From positions 6,262,001 through 6,326,000 of the forward strand of contig OZ210884.1 in NCBI GenBank assembly GCA_964658305.1: a DNA stretch of 64,000 nucleotides. The letters run 5' to 3'. Position numbers and translations under genes: made by a program. The notes under the pieces were generated by a model. The model was given only the letters and a program-made list of their open reading frames with translations, was not told the origin of the DNA and did no database searches. Each line of letters opens with the position of its first letter. Within the stretch, counting starts at the first letter, position 1. Source of the DNA: Leptogorgia sarmentosa. Taxonomy: Eukaryota. This document shows, piece after piece, positions 63,801-64,000 of this stretch.

Positions 63801-64000
63801 TTCTGAATTTCACCATACTCTTGATTGCTTCAAGCTTACCATCAGGAACGCCTTTAGCTACGTCATAAAAAGAAATACAATTGAAAATAAATAATCTGAA
63901 AGATTCATAATATTTTGATTCATAATATTTTGATAAAAAGTATAGCTATACTTCTATCTCCAGTCGGAGTTATTCCCCTTAACGTGACCAAGGTGATTTT
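60856..64000 (-). CDS. TRPA-like cation channel, C-terminal transmembrane exons; gene continues beyond the window
   Basis: LGHPLVIRYL; ENYFEWLMY; FLGWINFSLFL..LGIYIIM; FIAAYSFSF; TTFVMMTGEIDYRDTF (pore); IAIMNLLTGLAVDD; KRMNK|AQLVLTLEKGL. Exons about 63857-63647, 63039-62948, 62425-62182, 61947-61642, 61080-60856. Confidence 0.88.
63254..63632. repeat. Dispersed repeat, homologous to 56445-56712, with a duplicated 3' module
   Basis: See 56445-56712; the TAGCCAATCAGAATGTAGCATTT..TAATAGAC..TGGTTGGGTGTA block occurs twice. Confidence 0.85.

Overview
AT-rich, intron-rich animal genomic DNA; gene and repeat style suggests an anthozoan cnidarian (inference only). Protein-coding genes in order: SAFB/SLTM-like SAP+RRM gene (-), DUF229 alkaline-phosphatase-superfamily gene with a 2-bp frameshift (-), two tandem vWA-domain paralogues (-; one with an in-frame 12-bp minisatellite), three ER-type cyclophilin (PPIB-like) genes (first two head-to-head around an ERSE-II motif), an intronless rhodopsin-class GPCR (+), a complete eIF4G2/NAT1/DAP5 gene (-) and the 3' part of a TRPA-like channel (-). 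Main findings: (1) eIF4G2 has no usable AUG and appears to start at a GUG in AAAGUGGA context, behind a short AUG uORF that is in frame if exon 1 joins exon 2. (2) eIF4G2 introns hold three Penelope-like element insertions carrying minimal type I hammerhead ribozyme motifs, two with inverted-repeat/foldback structure in a (TA)n tract. Many hAT- and Tourist-like MITEs and minisatellites are also present. Exon boundaries were read by eye and may be off by a few bases; no database searches were run.
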